Positions 46,156 to 59,777 of a stretch of 64,000 nucleotides of DNA are shown here, one piece after another. Where the stretch lies: contig OZ024740.1 of the NCBI GenBank assembly GCA_964016885.1, forward strand, positions 400,396,001 to 400,460,000. The letters run 5' to 3'. The position numbers and the translations under genes are program-made. The DNA comes from Eledone cirrhosa (taxonomy: Eukaryota). Position 1 is the stretch's first letter; the number at the start of each line of letters is the position of its first letter. The notes under the pieces are model-generated. The model was not told where the DNA came from. It was given only the letters and a program-made list of their open reading frames with translations, and did no database searches.

Positions 46156-46333
46156 TAAAAGATTAGTGTGATAAAGAAATCAAAGGAGAGATCTGTATTT
46201 GACTGTGTTGACACGGCCATCTGGTCTTTGTGAAGTAGGTACAGCAACAAGAACTCAGGGCGAAAGGAATATAATCATACATATAAATACATAGATATAT
46301 ACAATCATACATATTAATACATACATACTTTCA

Positions 46334-46367
<34 letters not shown>

Positions 46368-46540
46368 CACACATACACACATACATACATACATATATAC
46401 ATACGTAGATATATACATACGTACATACGCTTCAGATGAACTTGAGACAACTTAAAATTGTGCTGAACGAACAACGTTGTAAAGAAATATTCAAGATCGT
46501 CAAAGATTTTTGGTACCATTTCGAAACTAAGAGAAATAGT

Positions 46541-46610
<70 letters not shown>

Positions 46611-47229
46611 GCACACATATACACATATACATATATATACACAAACAGACAAGCACACACCCACATACGCAATAAACAAACGTTCCCACTGCCCCACACA
46701 AAACTGAATATATACAAATATTTTTTTTTCTACATAAATTTTTTATACATACATTTTGAGAAGCTTTATGAACACATTAATTAGCAATCTTACACCTAAA
46801 CACGCACACAATTGCTGGAAATACACTGAGACACATAGTACAGATCAATATTTTTTATTATTTGGACCAATTTAGAATCATTTTTCTCTAGGTTTTGCTC
46901 GCGTATGCACAGGATCATCAAACGAGACAGGTTTTCTGTCGCTGAAGAAACATTCCATATCGAGGAGGCACTAACATATGTTGAATTTATATAAATTTAT
47001 ACCCACAAACAAAGACATATAGAAAGTAGAATTGGTTGAATCAGTTCCTGCAAGTAGTAAACATACGATAATATAATATAATACTTATATATATATATAT
47101 ATATATAATAGTTATATATATATATATATAATAGTTATATATATATATATATAATAGTTATATATATATATATATAATAGTTATATATATATATATATAT
47201 ATATATAATAGTTATATATATATATATAT

Positions 47230-47549
47230 GCAAAAGTTTTATTTAAAATTGTTGGGTTACAACGAGTAAATATTTTTTAACTGATATAAAGCACTCAACA
47301 AGTTTTGGAGTAGATATACGATATTAAACAAATGGAAACTATATTTATAAAACCATATTTATTTCATTATACATATTTCAGGGATATTTATAAGGATATT
47401 TATAAATATTTATAAGGATATTTATAAAACTGCTTATATATTGTATTTTATCTGAAGAAGGCATGCCATATTTTTAATATGGTATCCCTGAAATATGTAT
47501 AATGAAATAAATATGATTTTATAAATATAGTTTCCATTTGTTTAATATC

Positions 47550-47553
<4 letters not shown>
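47230..47553. mobile_element. Family A fold-back remnant, tail on left
   Basis: gcaaaagttttatttaaaattgttggg... arm, scrambled junction of repeated gatatttataa, inverted arm ending atatcg(TA)n. Confidence 0.88.
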
Positions 47554-47588
<35 letters not shown>

Positions 47589-49261
47589 TCACTACCTCCT
47601 TACGGACACCTGAGGTTAGAACACAGAAGAGCCGAACACCCACTGTCATCAACATAGAGATGTGTAGGAAAATTGTGTGTGAAAGACAGAGAAGACGTTA
47701 TTAGAGGGAAACAAAGTAGATTGAAGGAGAAAGAAAACTGAGTTTCTGTTTTTCCATTCTGTTTCATGCGCCATATTACTTACAACGTGCCTTAAATTCA
47801 GGATGTTTGGTCATGGATTATTCTGAGATAATATGTCGTTTGATGAGTAAAATTTTGACTAAAATCCTAGTTGAATGTGAGGTTTCATTCTTATGATGGA
47901 AATCAATATTCTGTATTCTGTTTCCCTTTCTGATGTATCCAGCTTCAGGCAACTTTTACATCCTTGGTTCAATAAAATAATTATCAATTATTTCGTATTG
48001 GGATCACTGTGACATACCGCATAGGTTATTTAGACAGTGCCGATGCTGGAATTTTTACAGAACTACAAGTAATTCTCTGTTCCTGGAATCAGTGTAGGTT
48101 TGGTGGGGCATGTCAAGCTGGTTGGGCAAGATTATGTAAAGATAAGGGTTACTGTATAAGTGTGGGCCTTGTTCGACGTGGCAGCTAGTAGGACATTAAT
48201 GTAACAAAAGAAGACACTGTGGGACAAATCGGATCCTAGGGAGCTATGTATATATGTTTGTATATATGTATGTAGGTTGAATGTATGAATGTATGTATGT
48301 ATGTATGTATGTATGTATGTATGTATGTATGTATGTATGTATGTATGTATGTATGTATGTATGTATGGAAGGATGGATGGGTGTATGGTGAATGTATATA
48401 TGTAATGTATTTATATGTATATGGATGTTTTATTATTTATAGTTCTTCACAAATGGAGTCTAGTTCTAAACCAACAACAAGTCTCTTTGAAAATAATTTA
48501 CACAAAATCATATGGATTATTATGTAGATCTGCCTGCATATATTTATATGCGTAAGTTTAGATGTCATTGCATGGGTTTATCTGCACGTTTCGAATTCTA
48601 TAGATGTACACATACATATGTTTCTCTGTACAACTTCACTACTCTGTATGTGTGCATTTGTGTGTATGTATATTTGAATAGTTCCTTGTACTTATTTACT
48701 TACGAGACTGAAATATATGTACGTAACGATAAGCAATAAATTATCAAACGATGTTAGATTCATTAAAAGTCCAACCTTGTTTGTTTGTGTAATTGAAGAC
48801 ATCTTTTTAAATGTTTCCCTTATGTCGCTGGCGTCAACCTACACTCAACGAAGTTGTATCTAGGCTAAGTTATTGACATATAAAGTGGCTGTCTTTGTTT
48901 AAGCGGTCAGGAGTCATCATCCTTAGATGCTTATTATAATCTGATTTAGACTGATAAACTGTTATGTTTATTTCTATTATCTCTTACAATTTGATACCTA
49001 TATACTTACCAAATCAAAACAGGATAAACAGTTAGAGGTGAAATTCAGACATATTTGAACTTTATCACCCGACTAACTTCTGGGATATTTCAAATCAACT
49101 TCTCTCCCTACTGATGTATCCCAAAATAAATGTCGTAAACAATTTTCTTCGCCATTTCACTTTTTGTATTTGTTTTTTCTCCTGGGAGAGTGCTTTATAT
49201 TAGATTTTGGTGTTGTTGACATTTGTCTTACTGCTTGTTTGTGTTTCTTTCATTCTTTGTC

Positions 49262-49690
49262 CCCTCCTCCTCCTCCTCATCATCATCATCATCACCATCA
49301 CCATCATCATCATCATAATTACCATCCTTCTTCTTCTTCTTCTTCTTCTTCTTCTTCTTCTTCTTCTTCTTCTTCTTCTTCTTCTTCTTCTTCTTCTTCT
49401 TCTTCTTCTTCTTTACCCTCCTCCTCCTCCTTCCGCCGAGATTAGCTTTGCCTTTCATTCTTACTATCATAATCATCACCTTCATCATCATAATTACCAC
49501 GACGACGACCACCACCACCACCACCATCACGACGACGACGACGACGACAACCACCACCACCACCACCACCATCACGACGACGACGACAACAAAGACCGCC
49601 ACCACCACCACCACCACCACGAGCACTACTACCATTACAAACAGCACTTCCATCATCATCATCTTCCTCATCGTCATTACCATCACAATG
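49262..49690. repeat. Compound trinucleotide microsatellite (CCT/CAT/CTT/CAC/GAC)
   Basis: Direct reading. Confidence 0.93.
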
Positions 49691-49823
49691 ATTGTCTTGA
49701 TCATCAACTACACCAAGAATTGGACGAAATGGATTCTTACAGCAATTCTACTAATACAGTGATGAAGTGAATAACACATTAAATTACATGCCATAGAATC
49801 CCTTATTCACTATCACACGTATG

Positions 49824-49866
<43 letters not shown>

Positions 49867-49966
49867 GAACATTGAAAACAAATAAGAGGAGGTATAGTGC
49901 CTACATGGTTCATTGTTGTACGATCGTCAGAGTGTTAACGATGTACTGACTAAGCGATAGCTGTTA

Positions 49967-50030
<64 letters not shown>

Positions 50031-50656
50031 TAACGATCGTAAAATAATGGACCATTCACATATATATATAGCGATCGTAAAACAATTGACCATTTATAGT
50101 TAAAACAATGAACTAAAAATTCAAGTCATTAGAAATATACTTCACTGCTTTACGATCGTTTCTAGGTGATAATAATACATCGTACGCATATTTCGTTATC
50201 GATCTATGTAGGGTTAGTTACAAAATATCAAATAAGGAATATATTTACTTATATGTATATCATCAGCCGTTGTTAAAAGCAATGAAAATGTTATTCAAAA
50301 TCAATAGTAAATTGAGTTCTATTACCTTATTTGGAGGTGGCTGAAGAACAAACCAATCAAATGGTTTTTTGCCATATGATGTTAAGATGAAATATAACTC
50401 ACTTTAGTTGAGGTCAGACCCTATGAAAGGAATGGTTGGATGGTGTTAAAAATAGAATTACTATAAAGAACCTATAAATAAAAAGGAATTGTTATATTGA
50501 TAGTGGAATGTAGATGGTGGAGTGAAGTTTAAAAAGGAATGTAAAAATTAAATGTTGAGTTGTGTTGTATGGAATTTTTAGGTGAATATAAATAAGTAAA
50601 TATAAAATATACAGAAATAACTATATATATATATATTTATATCTATAAACATATAT

Positions 50657-51420
50657 CTTCTTCTTCTTCTTCTTCTTCTTCTTCTTCTTCTTCTTCTTCT
50701 TCTTCTTCTTCTTCTTCTTCTTCTTCTTCTTCTTCTTCTTCTTCTTCTTCTTCTTCTTCTTCTTCTTCTTCTTCGAGGGTCGTGAGGGCATATTCCTCAA
50801 ACATTCCTTCCAGGGTCCTTTTTCAGAAACCTCGCTTATGTTGTTTCTATACGCGATCTCATTCTTCCAGTCATTACTCAAGATTAATAACAACAGGTAA
50901 AGGTTGGCACGAATATCGAACTGAAGAGATTGATTTTGACATTTACATTTATCTCCCTTCTTCTAAATACCGAATGCTGAAGCTAGCGGATTACTGCATC
51001 AGTTCCTGCATTTCTTGCACTTAATTCAGAGTCCATCACCCGTTGACACGGCTCCATAATACCTGAAGATATCCACCTGCTTCAGTGGAACTCCACTCAC
51101 ATATAGAATACAAGGTGCAGTCTTCGGAGGAAGATTGTCTCATCACAGCACTGATCTTCATGCCAACCGGCATTCGGCATTAAACTTATCAAATGCATGT
51201 CGGAGATCATAATCGCATGAGTTAAGTAGTACGATGTCATCTGCAAATCCACCCTACAGATATTACACCCGCTGTCCTGATACCAATTCCAGCACGGCTG
51301 CGCATGTCAATCAACTTCATGAAGGTTATAAACAGGAGTGGTGAGAGTACACACCCTGGACGGGTCTGATTCCCACATTGAATGGTTTCGACTTAGCACC
51401 ATTTATTTAAACACAATTAC
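50657..51420 (-). mobile_element. RTE-clade LINE 3' fragment with (GAA)n tail
   Basis: DNA similarity to 10380-10770 (cttcagtggaa.t.ca.tcacat; atggtttcgacttagcaccattta). Ends WKECLRNMPSRPS, then (GAA)n 50657-50773. Confidence 0.72.
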
Positions 51421-51859
51421 TAGGACATTCCTACAGATATATCAGGACAACAACAATCTATCCTTCGATCCCACCTCCTTTCTGCGTCCACAATATCACA
51501 TGCTAATTTCTCCTTCCTTCACTTGTAATGGTCGGGGTCAAGAAACAGTCTACTAAACTGCGGGGTCTCTTGATAAGCCTTATATTGGCAAATTTGGGCA
51601 AATTTCAGTTGGGACTTTGAAGAGAAAATGGGTTTATTTTTGCTTATTATTCCTATGCATTCATAATTTGATAAATAGTTCTGATTAATTGATTATTTTT
51701 AACTCTTTTGGTCATTGAGCAAAACTGGCTAAGACGGGCACCGCACGCATAATGGATCAAGTATGATATTTGTAGAAGTTTCTTTTTCCTCTACAAATTC
51801 CTACACATTTCATACTTGACGACCTTATATATTCCTATGTATATGTGTGCATCGCATTG

Positions 51860-51903
<44 letters not shown>

Positions 51904-52108
51904 GTATATATATATATATATATGTACATGCATATATAGGCCTGGAGAGTGATGGGCTCCGCCTGGCTTAAAATGCTCTAGAAATGGTGTAGAAATGGGT
52001 ATATCAATACGGCACACCTACGACCCCCCCAGGAGCTAGTGACCATCCCATGCTATGCCATAAGCTTATGTACGATCACATACATACCAATGTATATTTG
52101 CGCATATA

Positions 52109-52143
<35 letters not shown>

Positions 52144-52240
52144 GTATATATATACATGTATATATATATATATTTATATGTATATGCATATATATACATA
52201 TTTATATGTATATGCATATATATACATATATATATATATA

Positions 52241-52376
52241 ACAAAGGAATTGTGGTAAGGAACCAGATGGACCATAACGCACCAGAGTACTCAATACTTA
52301 GGGTAGTAGAGTGTGAAATAGGAAAAAAGTATGACCCCGACGGCAGAGCTCTGCCGTCGGGGTCATACTTTTTTCA
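52241..52376. mobile_element. Family B fold-back remnant
   Basis: Same tail, then perfect palindrome gaaaaaagtatgaccccgacggcag|agct|ctgccgtcggggtcatacttttttc. Confidence 0.87.
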
Positions 52377-52431
52377 TATATATATATATATATATATATA
52401 CACATGTATATATATATATATATATATACAC

Positions 52432-52506
<75 letters not shown>

Positions 52507-52859
52507 TATACTCCATATATTTCCATATATCTTCATATATGGCTGCATATATAAAGAAAGCATTAAACATACTTGGTATGAAAACAACAGCAACAAGGAA
52601 AAGTACAACAGAGTGACTGATCTAAGCTAATTCGAAAAGCATAGACCTTACGTCATGGAATTTTTATTTTTCTATCATCGTAAATGTAGATCTTTATTTA
52701 GTTACTTTATTGTTACTATTCTTGAGCAGACCGCCTTGCTCTAACAAGCTGTTGAAACTTCTCAAACGTCTTGTAGAATCATAAAACATGAAATTTTATT
52801 AGAATTCCAGATTGAATAACATAGAATATATAATATTTATTTTACAAACAAATTAAAAG

Positions 52860-52904
<45 letters not shown>

Positions 52905-52905
<1 letters not shown>

Positions 52906-54920
52906 GTCTGCCCGTAATGTGGAAACTGTTGACGAGCATTGTGTCTGAGGAAATCTACCATCACCTCCACACAAACAACTTGTTGCCGGACGAACAGAAA
53001 GGATGCCGAAAGAAGTCACGTGGTACAAAGGACCAGTTGCTTATTGATAAGATGGTAATGGGGAATTGCAGGAGGAGACACACTGATCTTGCCATGGGAT
53101 GGATAGACTACAGAAAGGCATTTGACATGGTGCCTCATTCCTGGATCACCAAAAGCCTGGAGATCTTCAGGGTGGCAGATAACATCAGACAGTTGCTGGG
53201 CAGGAGTATGGGGTCCTGGGAGACAGAGTTGACATCAACTGGAGTATCCTTGGGAAGCGTGAAGATCAAGAGAGGTATCTTCCAGGGAGATAGCCTGTCC
53301 CCTCTGTTGTTTGTCCTTGCCCTGATGCCCTTGACCATTATGCTGCGAAAAGTGAGAGCAGGATACAAGTTGGGAAGGGGAGAGCTTACCATCAATCACC
53401 TCCTCTTCATGGACGATCTTAAGCTCTTCGGGAAAAGTGAGAAGGAGTTGGATGTGCTTGTTGACACTGTCCGTATTTTCAGCAGTGATATATGTATGCA
53501 GTTTGGTATTGGTAAATGTGGAGTCATTGTGATGAGGAGGGGTAGGTTGAGCAGAAGTAACGGGATCCAGATACCAACAGGTGAGATGATAAAGGAAATT
53601 GACTCTGAGGAAGGATACAAGTATTTGGGCGTTCTGGAGGCTGATGGCATAAAGAACAAAAAAATGAAGGAATTGTTAAGAACTGAATACATTCGGAGAG
53701 TAAGGAGCGTATTGAAGTCACATCTGAACAGCAGAAATGCCATAAGCGCAGTAAATTCCCGAGCTGTGTCTATTATTAGGTACAGTGCGGGAATTCTGGG
53801 ATGGAATGTTGCTGAACAAAAAGAAATGGATAGGAAGACTAGGAAGCTATTGACTATCTACAACATGTTCCACAAGAGGAGTGATGTCGATAGACTCTAC
53901 CTAAGGAGATCTGAGGGTGGAAGAGGTCTTATCAGCATAGAGGACTGTGTTCAGATGGAGAAAAACAACCTATACAAATACGTGACCTATAGTAAGGAGC
54001 CAATGCTCAGAGCTGTACTGAAGGAGGGGACAGTAGGCCAGGGGATACCCAAGGAGGAAATAACATCAAGGAGGAAGAGCAGCCTTAAGGGAAAATCCCT
54101 TCATAGTACCTTCTTTGAGAAAACTGAATTTAGAGATCCACAGACATGGAACTGGTTGAGAAGAGGAGACCTCAAAAAGGCTACAGAAGGAATGCTAATG
54201 GCTGCGCAGGAGCAGGCCCTCAAAACGAAGTGGTTGAAGCACCATATCTACAAGGAGGAGGCTAGCCCACTGTGCAGGATCTGTGGAGAGAGAGAGGAGA
54301 CTGTGGCTCACATTGTGTCCGAGTGTAAACACCTAGCCCAGACCCACTATAAGGGCTGGAGACACGATGTGATGGGCAGGGTGATCCACTGGCACCTGTG
54401 CAAAGTAAACAATCTACCACATTCTGAGAAATGGTATGAGCATAGGCCAGAGGCGGTGATGGAGAACAGTCAGGTGAAGGTGCTGTGGGATTTTAGGATA
54501 CAGACGGACAAAAAACTGGAACACAATAGACCTGACCTGGTGGTTGTGGACAAAGAAAAAAGATCGTGCCTGATTGTGGATGTGGCCTGCCCGTTCGACA
54601 CGAGAGTGCAAGAGAAGGAGAGGGAGAAAATTAACCGATACCAGGACCTAAAGTGGGAGGTGAAAAGGATTTGGAACTGCCATGAAGTCAAAGTGATCCC
54701 GATTGTCATAGGCGCACTGGGGACTATCTCCAAAGGTTTCCAGGGATGGTTAAAGAAAATCGGCCCCTTCACGCTTTTTGGAACGCTTCAAAAGGCATGC
54801 TTGCTTGGAACGGCAAGAACCCTCCGATACGTCCTGAATATCTGAGGCTGCAGGTAGTGGCTTGATATTCAATCCAACGGACTTTCCAGTTAACCAACAT
54901 CAATGACTGAGATTCAAGGA
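52905..54920 (+). mobile_element. 5'-truncated R4/Dong-like non-LTR retrotransposon inserted in a (TAA)n microsatellite
   Basis: Starts abruptly after (TAA)n at 52860-52904. Uninterrupted RT-ZnF-RLE frame, ~75 bp 3' UTR, then degenerate (TAA)n again from ~54921. Confidence 0.92.
52917..54845 (+). CDS. Reverse transcriptase + CCHC zinc knuckle + restriction-like endonuclease (N-terminally truncated)
   Basis: RT motifs [44 protein letters not shown]; zinc knuckle [18 protein letters not shown]; RHD; RLE motif RPDLVV...DVACPFD...K. Confidence 0.95.
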   Translation: MWKLLTSIVSEEIYHHLHTNNLLPDEQKGCRKKSRGTKDQLLIDKMVMGNCRRRHTDLAMGWIDYRKAFDMVPHSWITKSLEIFRVADNIRQLLGRSMGSWETELTSTGVSLGSVKIKRGIFQGDSLSPLLFVLALMPLTIMLRKVRAGYKLGRGELTINHLLFMDDLKLFGKSEKELDVLVDTVRIFSSDICMQFGIGKCGVIVMRRGRLSRSNGIQIPTGEMIKEIDSEEGYKYLGVLEADGIKNKKMKELLRTEYIRRVRSVLKSHLNSRNAISAVNSRAVSIIRYSAGILGWNVAEQKEMDRKTRKLLTIYNMFHKRSDVDRLYLRRSEGGRGLISIEDCVQMEKNNLYKYVTYSKEPMLRAVLKEGTVGQGIPKEEITSRRKSSLKGKSLHSTFFEKTEFRDPQTWNWLRRGDLKKATEGMLMAAQEQALKTKWLKHHIYKEEASPLCRICGEREETVAHIVSECKHLAQTHYKGWRHDVMGRVIHWHLCKVNNLPHSEKWYEHRPEAVMENSQVKVLWDFRIQTDKKLEHNRPDLVVVDKEKRSCLIVDVACPFDTRVQEKEREKINRYQDLKWEVKRIWNCHEVKVIPIVIGALGTISKGFQGWLKKIGPFTLFGTLQKACLLGTARTLRYVLNI

Positions 54921-55033
54921 ATAACAATAACAATTGTAATAATAATGGTAATAATAATAATAATAGTAGTAGTGGTAGTAGTAGTATAATGGTATAATAA
55001 TAGTAGTTAGTAGTAGTAGTAGTAGTAGTATAA

Positions 55034-55069
<36 letters not shown>

Positions 55070-55180
55070 AAATAGTATTAGTAGTAGTATTAGTAGGATT
55101 ATTAGTATTCGTAGTATTCGTAGTAGTATTCGTAGTAGTATTCGTAGTAGTAGTAGTAGTATTCGCAGTAGTAGTCGTAA

Positions 55181-55218
<38 letters not shown>

Positions 55219-55219
55219 A

Positions 55220-55269
<50 letters not shown>

Positions 55270-55320
55270 ACAACAATAACAACAAAATCAGCAATAACAA
55301 CAGCAACAAAAGTAATAATG
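54921..55320. repeat. (TAA)n grading into (TAG)n and (CAA)n
   Basis: Direct reading; forms the 3' flank of the Dong-like element. Confidence 0.93.
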
Positions 55321-55437
55321 TTTTCATTGTTGTAAGGATTAATGTTTACAGAATTGGTTTGTTTATATTACCCGAAATTTCTAACTTGTTAAATAGTATT
55401 TGAAATAGTAAGAGAAATGTTACATAGACATAGCACA

Positions 55438-55495
<58 letters not shown>

Positions 55496-55505
55496 CATAT
55501 ATATA

Positions 55506-55598
<93 letters not shown>

Positions 55599-55621
55599 TT
55601 ATATATATATATATATATATG

Positions 55622-55663
<42 letters not shown>

Positions 55664-55664
<1 letters not shown>

Positions 55665-56156
55665 GATATTAAATAAATGGAAACTATATTTATAAAACCA
55701 TACTTATTTCATTATACATATTTCAGGGATACCAAATAAAAAAATGGTATACCTTCATCAGACAAAATACAATATATAAACAGTTTTATAAATAATTTTG
55801 ACGTACCCTATTAGAAGCGACCATTACTTTTGGAAGCTGTCTGGATAGTGATACGTTTATAATTATTTATAAACATATCAATATCCAGACAGCTTCCAAA
55901 AGTAATGGTCGCTTCTCATAGGGTACGTCAAAATTATTTATAAAACTGTTTATATATTGTATTTTGTCTGATGAAGGCATACCATTTTTTAATTTAGTAT
56001 CCCTGAAATATGTATAAGGAAATAAATATGGTTTTATAAATATAGCTTCCATTTATTTAATATCGTATATCTACTCCAAAAACTTGTCGAGTGCTTTATA
56101 TCAGTTATAAAATATTTACTTGTTGCATCCCAACAATTTTAAATAAAACTTTTGCA
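55664..56156. mobile_element. Family A fold-back remnant, tail on right
   Basis: ~200 bp inverted arms (55664-55865 / 55868-56068) plus tail to ...aacttttgca(TA)n. Confidence 0.9.
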
Positions 56157-56158
56157 TA

Positions 56159-56199
<41 letters not shown>

Positions 56200-56234
56200 G
56201 CATATATATATATATGCATATATATATATATATA

Positions 56235-56292
<58 letters not shown>

Positions 56293-56674
56293 TAATCGAG
56301 TATCGGAAAATCAGCTCACGAATTTACGATAAACAAAATCCGACATGAGTGGCAGAGGGCTCAATAATTCAGATAAATCAGAGCTATAACTATCGTTAAG
56401 ATACCAACACACAAAGATTATGCCTAATATCACCCGTGCAGCCGAAAAATAACGACCAGGAAGATTCGGGTCACTCAGATAAAATATCAATAAATCAATA
56501 ACTTATATGAATGTAAAAACTTACCCGGACCCACTAGAAAGGTGGTAAATCTAGCTTCTTGGGTTTCTGCTATTATGCATATATATATATATATGCATAT
56601 ATATATATATGCATATATATATATATATATATATATGCATATATATATATTTTATATATGCATATATATATATA

Positions 56675-56736
<62 letters not shown>

Positions 56737-56787
56737 CATATATATATATGCATATATATCTGTATTTATATGTATATATATATATGC

Positions 56788-56830
<43 letters not shown>

Positions 56831-56886
56831 TATATACATATATATATGCATATGTATATGTATATATATGTATATATATATATATG

Positions 56887-56970
<84 letters not shown>

Positions 56971-57445
56971 AGTAGCGAGTAGGTAACAAGTATCCATAGT
57001 TGCCAGAAAACTTAGGCTGACGGACGAGTTGTGATGTACAATTATTTTAAATCACTACAAAAATGATATAACACAAATTTGGATACAGTAAGAGAGACGA
57101 CTGTAGTATAATTTAATAATGGTGGATTGTTATTGTACAGAGAAATAATCAAAGTTATTGGGGAATCAGTCCAATAGCTTTAGTTCGGCCGCGACCTATT
57201 CTTCTAAATGAAATTGTTTTATGTGGGCAGCAGTTGAAGCAAGCATAGCGGGTATTCAATTTTCTCTTACTGGAAGGCATGTTTCTAAGTATATTCAGGC
57301 TTTCATCTTTGCATAAATAACAGTTCATCGATCTAAGTTTGATGATACTACGAGTGGGCAGGTAACATTTCAGTGTAACACGGCTTACAGCATACCCATT
57401 AAATAAAATTGATGACTTTTTCTGATGTCCGTCAATGATACACGG

Positions 57446-57490
<45 letters not shown>

Positions 57491-57686
57491 TTCATGCACT
57501 TAACATGTATGGGTGACTATTGGTTTCGAGGTCCAGTTATGGGCACCACCACGACTGTATATTGGAGGAGACACTTTTAAATTGGCCCTTCATTCGAGTA
57601 TATGCACAAACATATATATATATAATCATGGTTATATCTGCGGATGGTTATTTGCCAATATGGATACACACACATGCACACACACA

Positions 57687-57744
<58 letters not shown>

Positions 57745-58715
57745 GGGTGCATCAAAATTTACTATTTATATTAGTATAAACTTTGTTATTCAAAATTGAG
57801 ACAACCCCCCACCCCTCCCCTCTGTCCCCCCTCTCTCTCTCTCTATACATATATATATATATATGTGTGTGTGTGTGTATTTATGGTGCTCTGTAAATAT
57901 AAGCAGTGGGAAATCTTAGATTATTTCCCTTATCAACTTCATTTAAGTCTTATCATGACGTTTAAAATTGGATAAACAGAGGTTTATAATGATTAAGATA
58001 GAGATTTTCAACATCAATTCTAAACACATCTATGCTGGGTCTTATAAAGAATGATATGGGTGTGGAATGATGACTAGATTATAAACGAGACAGCAAAGAA
58101 AGAATTCTAAGTGCCTAAGATAACACAAACGCCTGTGAAAGCTATGGTTCTTCAATTATAGTGGTATACATGCATGAGATAGCTGAGTCAAGTTCAAACA
58201 AATGGTACTATTTGATTTCATGTTAGGGTAGGGGCTAAAAATCCTGCCATTTAATCTGGTTTCAAATCGCATAAAGGTCGACATCGTATTTCTCTCTGAC
58301 GTCAAAAAAATTGTATACAAATTATTTCATTTAGTGTGATATACCCCTTATATTTCAAGGTTTCGAGGTTGGTGTAATTGCTTCATTTCTCTCCTGTCAA
58401 AACCGCGTCATCCGTAACCAACCAATACGAATGAGAGTCTGGTCGTTGTTATGAGGTAGTTGCTGATCTTGCGAGCTCCACAGTACCGGATACTTCTAGC
58501 AAAATGCATCTGAAGACGTCGAAGTAGATCCTGATAATACAGAAGTCCTGTTATCTCAGCTAAAACATAATATAAAGAATATGAAATGAAGAATTCGGGA
58601 CGATTCACCTTAATCCTCATCCATCAAATCGATAATTGATATATAGGTTTATTTTTCTGACAACAGTCCTTCTCGTAAACACACACACGCACACACACCC
58701 ACACATATATATATG

Positions 58716-58754
<39 letters not shown>

Positions 58755-59377
58755 ATATCTATATCTATATCTATATATATATAGTAACTGTGTGTGTATG
58801 TATATATCTATATCTATATCTCTCTCTATATATATATATAGTAAGTATGTGTGTGTGTGTATGTATATATATATATATCTATATACTGTATATATAGTAA
58901 GTGTGTGTGTGTGTGTATATATATCTATATCTATATACTGTATATATAGTAAGTGTGTGTGTGTTTATGTAAGTGTATGGATGTATGTGTGCCTATGTGT
59001 TTCCTCCATTTCATCCATTTTCCATCTCAATTTGAGGAAACTCTCGCCAATCAAAGATGGCGGTACGTTTGGTAGGTAGTTTCATACAATTACTGGTGAC
59101 TCATTGGTGGAAGCTCACTTTAAAGCAGGTAATGGGTTAACATGAAATATTTTAAAGATAAATAGCTATTTCTCACATACATTAGCTAGATGTGGTTTTG
59201 CTAAGTTGCATAACGATTTCATATTCATCATGTAGACTAATAGCAGTTATAAATACTGTAGCTTGTTAACTATTTATCGAACGTTTTGTTTTATTATGAC
59301 TCAAAACAGGTTTGTCAATGTGTTGTGTTCAGTCACTCTCTCTCTCACTCACTCTCTCTCTCTTCTTCCGTCTGATT

Positions 59378-59476
<99 letters not shown>

Positions 59477-59517
59477 ATATATATATTATATATATATATA
59501 TACACATATATATATAT

Positions 59518-59549
<32 letters not shown>

Positions 59550-59578
59550 ATATATAATATATATAATATATATATATT

Positions 59579-59639
<61 letters not shown>

Positions 59640-59644
<5 letters not shown>

Positions 59645-59777
59645 TCTGTGTTTATAGATATATATAGGTCTGTGTTTATATATATATATAGGTCTGTGTT
59701 TATATATATATATATAGGTCTGTGTTTATATATATATATATAGGTCTGTGTTTATATATATATATAGGTCTGTGTTT
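59640..59777. repeat. Minisatellite aggtctgtgttt(AT)n, 6 units
   Basis: Direct reading. A similar aatagtt(AT)n minisatellite lies at 47100-47229. Confidence 0.93.

Noticed and set aside
45532-46171. Ser/Cys-rich and poly-Val ORFs
   Set aside because: Translations of (AGT)n/(TGT)n microsatellite.
49164-49770. His/Asp-rich ORF resembling a metal-binding protein
   Set aside because: Compound trinucleotide repeat open in several frames, with no unique domain or convincing splice context.
53135-54772. Antisense ORFs over the retrotransposon
   Set aside because: Shadow frames of the RT ORF with no independent motifs.
59640-59777. Regularly spaced repeats resembling a CRISPR array
   Set aside because: Spacers are only (AT)n, the context is eukaryotic, and no cas genes are present.
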